Shown: piece after piece, positions 14,786 through 16,895 of the stretch
Position numbering within the stretch: the stretch's first letter is position 1
Layout of the letters: every line of letters begins with the position of its first letter
DNA from: Candidatus Oleincola secundus
Lineage (GTDB): Bacteria > Atribacterota > Phoenicimicrobiia > Phoenicimicrobiales > Stramentimicrobiaceae
Length of the DNA stretch: 16,895 nucleotides
Direction of reading: 5' to 3'
NCBI GenBank assembly: GCA_018400815.1
Contig: JAGYLS010000036.1
Coordinates: 1-16,895, forward strand
Made by a program: the position numbers and the translations under genes
The notes under the pieces: generated by a model
Databases searched by the model: none
What the model saw: the letters and a program-made list of their open reading frames with translations, nothing else
Told to the model about the DNA's origin: nothing

Positions 14786-15752
14786 AGATAAAAAAATAAG
14801 AATGTTTAAAACCATGAGTAGAATTCGCACATTTGAAGACAAGCTTCAGAAGATATATAGAGATGGTAAACTAGATGGTCATTTGCATACCTCTCATGGA
14901 CAGGAGGCTATTGCAACTGGTGTTATAGAAGCCCTTTCTGATCAAGACGTTGTTTTTTCAAATCACCGGGGACATGGTCATTTTTTAGCCCGTGGTACTT
15001 CTCCCAGGAGCATTATTGCTGAATGTTATGGGAAGGTGACGGGAACTAATAAGGGTAGAAGTGGGAGCATGTACCTTGTTGATACCAAAAGAGGAATGCC
15101 AGTGGCTAGTGGAATTGTTGGTGGCAATATTTGTGTAGCGACCGGTTCAGCCCTAGCTAGTAGTATTAAAAAAGATAATGCAGTAACAATAAGTTTTTTT
15201 GGAGATGGTGCAACCAATATAGGATTTTTCCATGAATCATTAAATATGGCCTCACTGTGGAACTTACCCATTGTTTACATATGTGAAAATAATCAATATG
15301 GAGAAGCTACAAAAAGAGAAGAACATCAAAAAATTGAAAAAATATCCGATCGTGCCAGTGCTTATTCCATGCCTGGCTTCACTGTTGATGGAACAGACCT
15401 GATGGCAGTCTATGAAGCAGTGAAAAAAGTGGTTGACAAAGCACGAGAAGAGGGAGGTCCTGCTTTACTTGAATGCGTGGTGTACCGGCTAAGAGGCCAT
15501 TCAGCCGGAGACGTGGGTCCTTACAGGCCAAAAAAAGAAGAAGAGGAATGGAACACAAAATATGATCCAATCAAAAAATTTAAAGAAGAACTTTTAGAAC
15601 AGAAGATATTGGATAATCAGGTAGTTGAAAAGATAGAAGAAGAGATTGAAAAAGAAATTGAAGAAGCTGTAAATTTTGCCCTGGATAGCGAAGCTCCACT
15701 TGCCGAGACAGTTTCCAAATATGTATACAGGGAGGAAGAAGATAATGAGTAA
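14772..15752 (+). CDS. ThDP-dependent dehydrogenase E1 alpha subunit (AcoA/PdhA-like); start is ATG 14772
   Basis: G.LH...GQEAIA, SNHRGHGH, GIVGG, ThDP motif GDGA..(x)..ENNQY, and YRLRGHS.GD. RBS AAGGAG at 14753-14758. Confidence 0.95.
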   Translation: MTISKDKKIRMFKTMSRIRTFEDKLQKIYRDGKLDGHLHTSHGQEAIATGVIEALSDQDVVFSNHRGHGHFLARGTSPRSIIAECYGKVTGTNKGRSGSMYLVDTKRGMPVASGIVGGNICVATGSALASSIKKDNAVTISFFGDGATNIGFFHESLNMASLWNLPIVYICENNQYGEATKREEHQKIEKISDRASAYSMPGFTVDGTDLMAVYEAVKKVVDKAREEGGPALLECVVYRLRGHSAGDVGPYRPKKEEEEWNTKYDPIKKFKEELLEQKILDNQVVEKIEEEIEKEIEEAVNFALDSEAPLAETVSKYVYREEEDNE

Positions 15753-16716
15753 ATGCATGTATGTTGAAGCCCTGAGAATGGCCTTAAGGGAAGAAATGCG
15801 TAGAGATAAAAATGTTTTTGTTATGGGAGAAGATATAACCAGGTATGGATTTGGTGCTAATAGGGGGTTAGTAGATGAATTTGGTGCTGAAAGAGTAAGA
15901 AATACCCCTATTTCTGAAGCTGCAATAATAGGCTCGGCTGTAGGTGCTGCCCTGCGTGGCATGAGACCGGTAGCGGAAATAATGTTTGTAGATTTTATTA
16001 TGATTGGAATGGATCAGATTGTTAATCAGGGAGCTAAAATGAGCTACCTAGCTAATGGTGAGCTTTCTGTTCCTATGGTAATAAGAGCACCTGAAGGAAC
16101 AGAATGGTTTGGCGGAGGGGCTCAACATTCCCAGACACTTCATTCCATATTTATGAATATTCCAGGAATAAAATTGGTTATTCCTTCTGACCCCTACGAT
16201 GCCAAAGGTCTTCTAAAGAGCGCTATTAGAGATGATAACCCGGTATTATTTTTTGAACATAAACAGCTTTATACCCAAAAAGGGGAAGTTCCCGAAGAGG
16301 ATTATACTATTCCCTTAGGCAAGGCATCAATAAAAAGGGAAGGAGAAGATATTACCGTGGTTGCCACTTCCTGGATGGTCAAACATAGTTTAGAAGTTGC
16401 CGAAGAATTGAAGAATGAAATAAGTATTGAAGTAATTGATCCCAGAACGTTAGTACCTTTAGATAAAGATACGATTATTAAGTCTGTTAAGAAAACAGGA
16501 AGATTATTGGTTGTTGATGAATCTCCGGTAAATGGAGGAATACAAGGAGAGATAATTTCCGCAGTCATGGAAGAATCTTTTTGGAATATGGAATTCCCAC
16601 CCAAAAGAATAGGTTCTTTAAATACACCAATTCCTTTCAGTGAATACCTGGAAAAGGAGGTTATTCCGACCAAAGAAAAAATCAAAAAAGAAATATTAAA
16701 TATCGTTTCCAGTTAA
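15745..16716 (+). CDS. ThDP-dependent dehydrogenase E1 beta subunit (AcoB/PdhB-like); start is ATG 15745
   Basis: MGEDI, RVRNTPISEAAIIG, GMRPVAEIMF.DF, DQIVNQ.AK, GAQHSQ, DAKGLLKSAIRDDNPV.FFEHK and EVIDPRTLVPLD. RBS GGAGG at 15731-15735. Confidence 0.95.
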   Translation: MSKCMYVEALRMALREEMRRDKNVFVMGEDITRYGFGANRGLVDEFGAERVRNTPISEAAIIGSAVGAALRGMRPVAEIMFVDFIMIGMDQIVNQGAKMSYLANGELSVPMVIRAPEGTEWFGGGAQHSQTLHSIFMNIPGIKLVIPSDPYDAKGLLKSAIRDDNPVLFFEHKQLYTQKGEVPEEDYTIPLGKASIKREGEDITVVATSWMVKHSLEVAEELKNEISIEVIDPRTLVPLDKDTIIKSVKKTGRLLVVDESPVNGGIQGEIISAVMEESFWNMEFPPKRIGSLNTPIPFSEYLEKEVIPTKEKIKKEILNIVSS

Positions 16717-16737
16717 GTTAACGAGGGAGAGATAAGC

Positions 16738-16895
16738 ATGTGGAAAGTAGAAATTCCAAAGACAGAATCAAAGGTAGAAGAAGCCACTCTTGCCAAGTGG
16801 TATAAAAAAGAGGGAGATAAAGTTCAAAAAGATGAATTAATTGCTGAAATAGAAACATTTAAAGCATTAATTGAGATAAATTCTCCCAATGATGG
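16738..16895 (+). CDS. Lipoyl-domain protein (E2 N-terminus or stand-alone lipoyl carrier), truncated by the window end; missing from the ORF track
   Basis: Translates MWKVEIPKTESKVEEATLAKWYKKEGDKVQKDELIAEIETFKALIEINSPND. It has the W.K.EGD.V and EIET.KA..EI.SP lipoyl-domain pattern with Lys42. RBS GAGGGAG. Confidence 0.9.
   Translation, partial: MWKVEIPKTESKVEEATLAKWYKKEGDKVQKDELIAEIETFKALIEINSPND

Noticed and set aside
1..16895. CRISPR array, tRNA/rRNA, transposase, integrase or defence-system genes
   Set aside because: No regularly spaced repeats, cloverleaf or rRNA-like sequence, or recombinase/nuclease motifs were seen on either strand by manual reading.

Overview
AT-rich bacterial chromosomal window (roughly one-third GC by eye) with Firmicutes-style GGAGG/AAGGAG ribosome-binding sites, probably from an anaerobe; I cannot fix the taxon from sequence alone. 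It has 19 supported protein-coding genes and I saw no rRNA, tRNA, CRISPR array or transposase. The first 12.7 kb is a patchwork of mostly unrelated genes: haemolysin-III membrane protein, two HAD hydrolases, a small hypothetical protein, PhzF-family epimerase, DsrE-family protein, AI-2E transporter, orphan pilin-like protein, YczE-like membrane protein, an HflX resembling the HflXr/HflX2 paralogue group, a secreted carbon-nitrogen hydrolase, a TRAM-domain RNA m5U methyltransferase, a stand-alone B3/4 protein and an Asp/Glu racemase. This part shows signs of gene turnover: an ATA start codon, two RBS+ATG stubs, a probable in-frame deletion, and a 15-bp direct repeat bracketing one gene. The most interesting unit is the operon from 13170 to the window end. 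It has a consensus sigma70 promoter with a TGAA-N6-TTCA palindrome, a SorC/DeoR sugar-binding regulator, a C-GCAxxG-C-C redox-type protein overlapping an E1 alpha/beta pair with atypical active-site motifs, and a lipoyl-domain protein. It is a candidate uncharacterised ThDP/lipoate-dependent catabolic system. Several ORF-track starts are corrected. All family assignments come from recalled motifs, not database searches.
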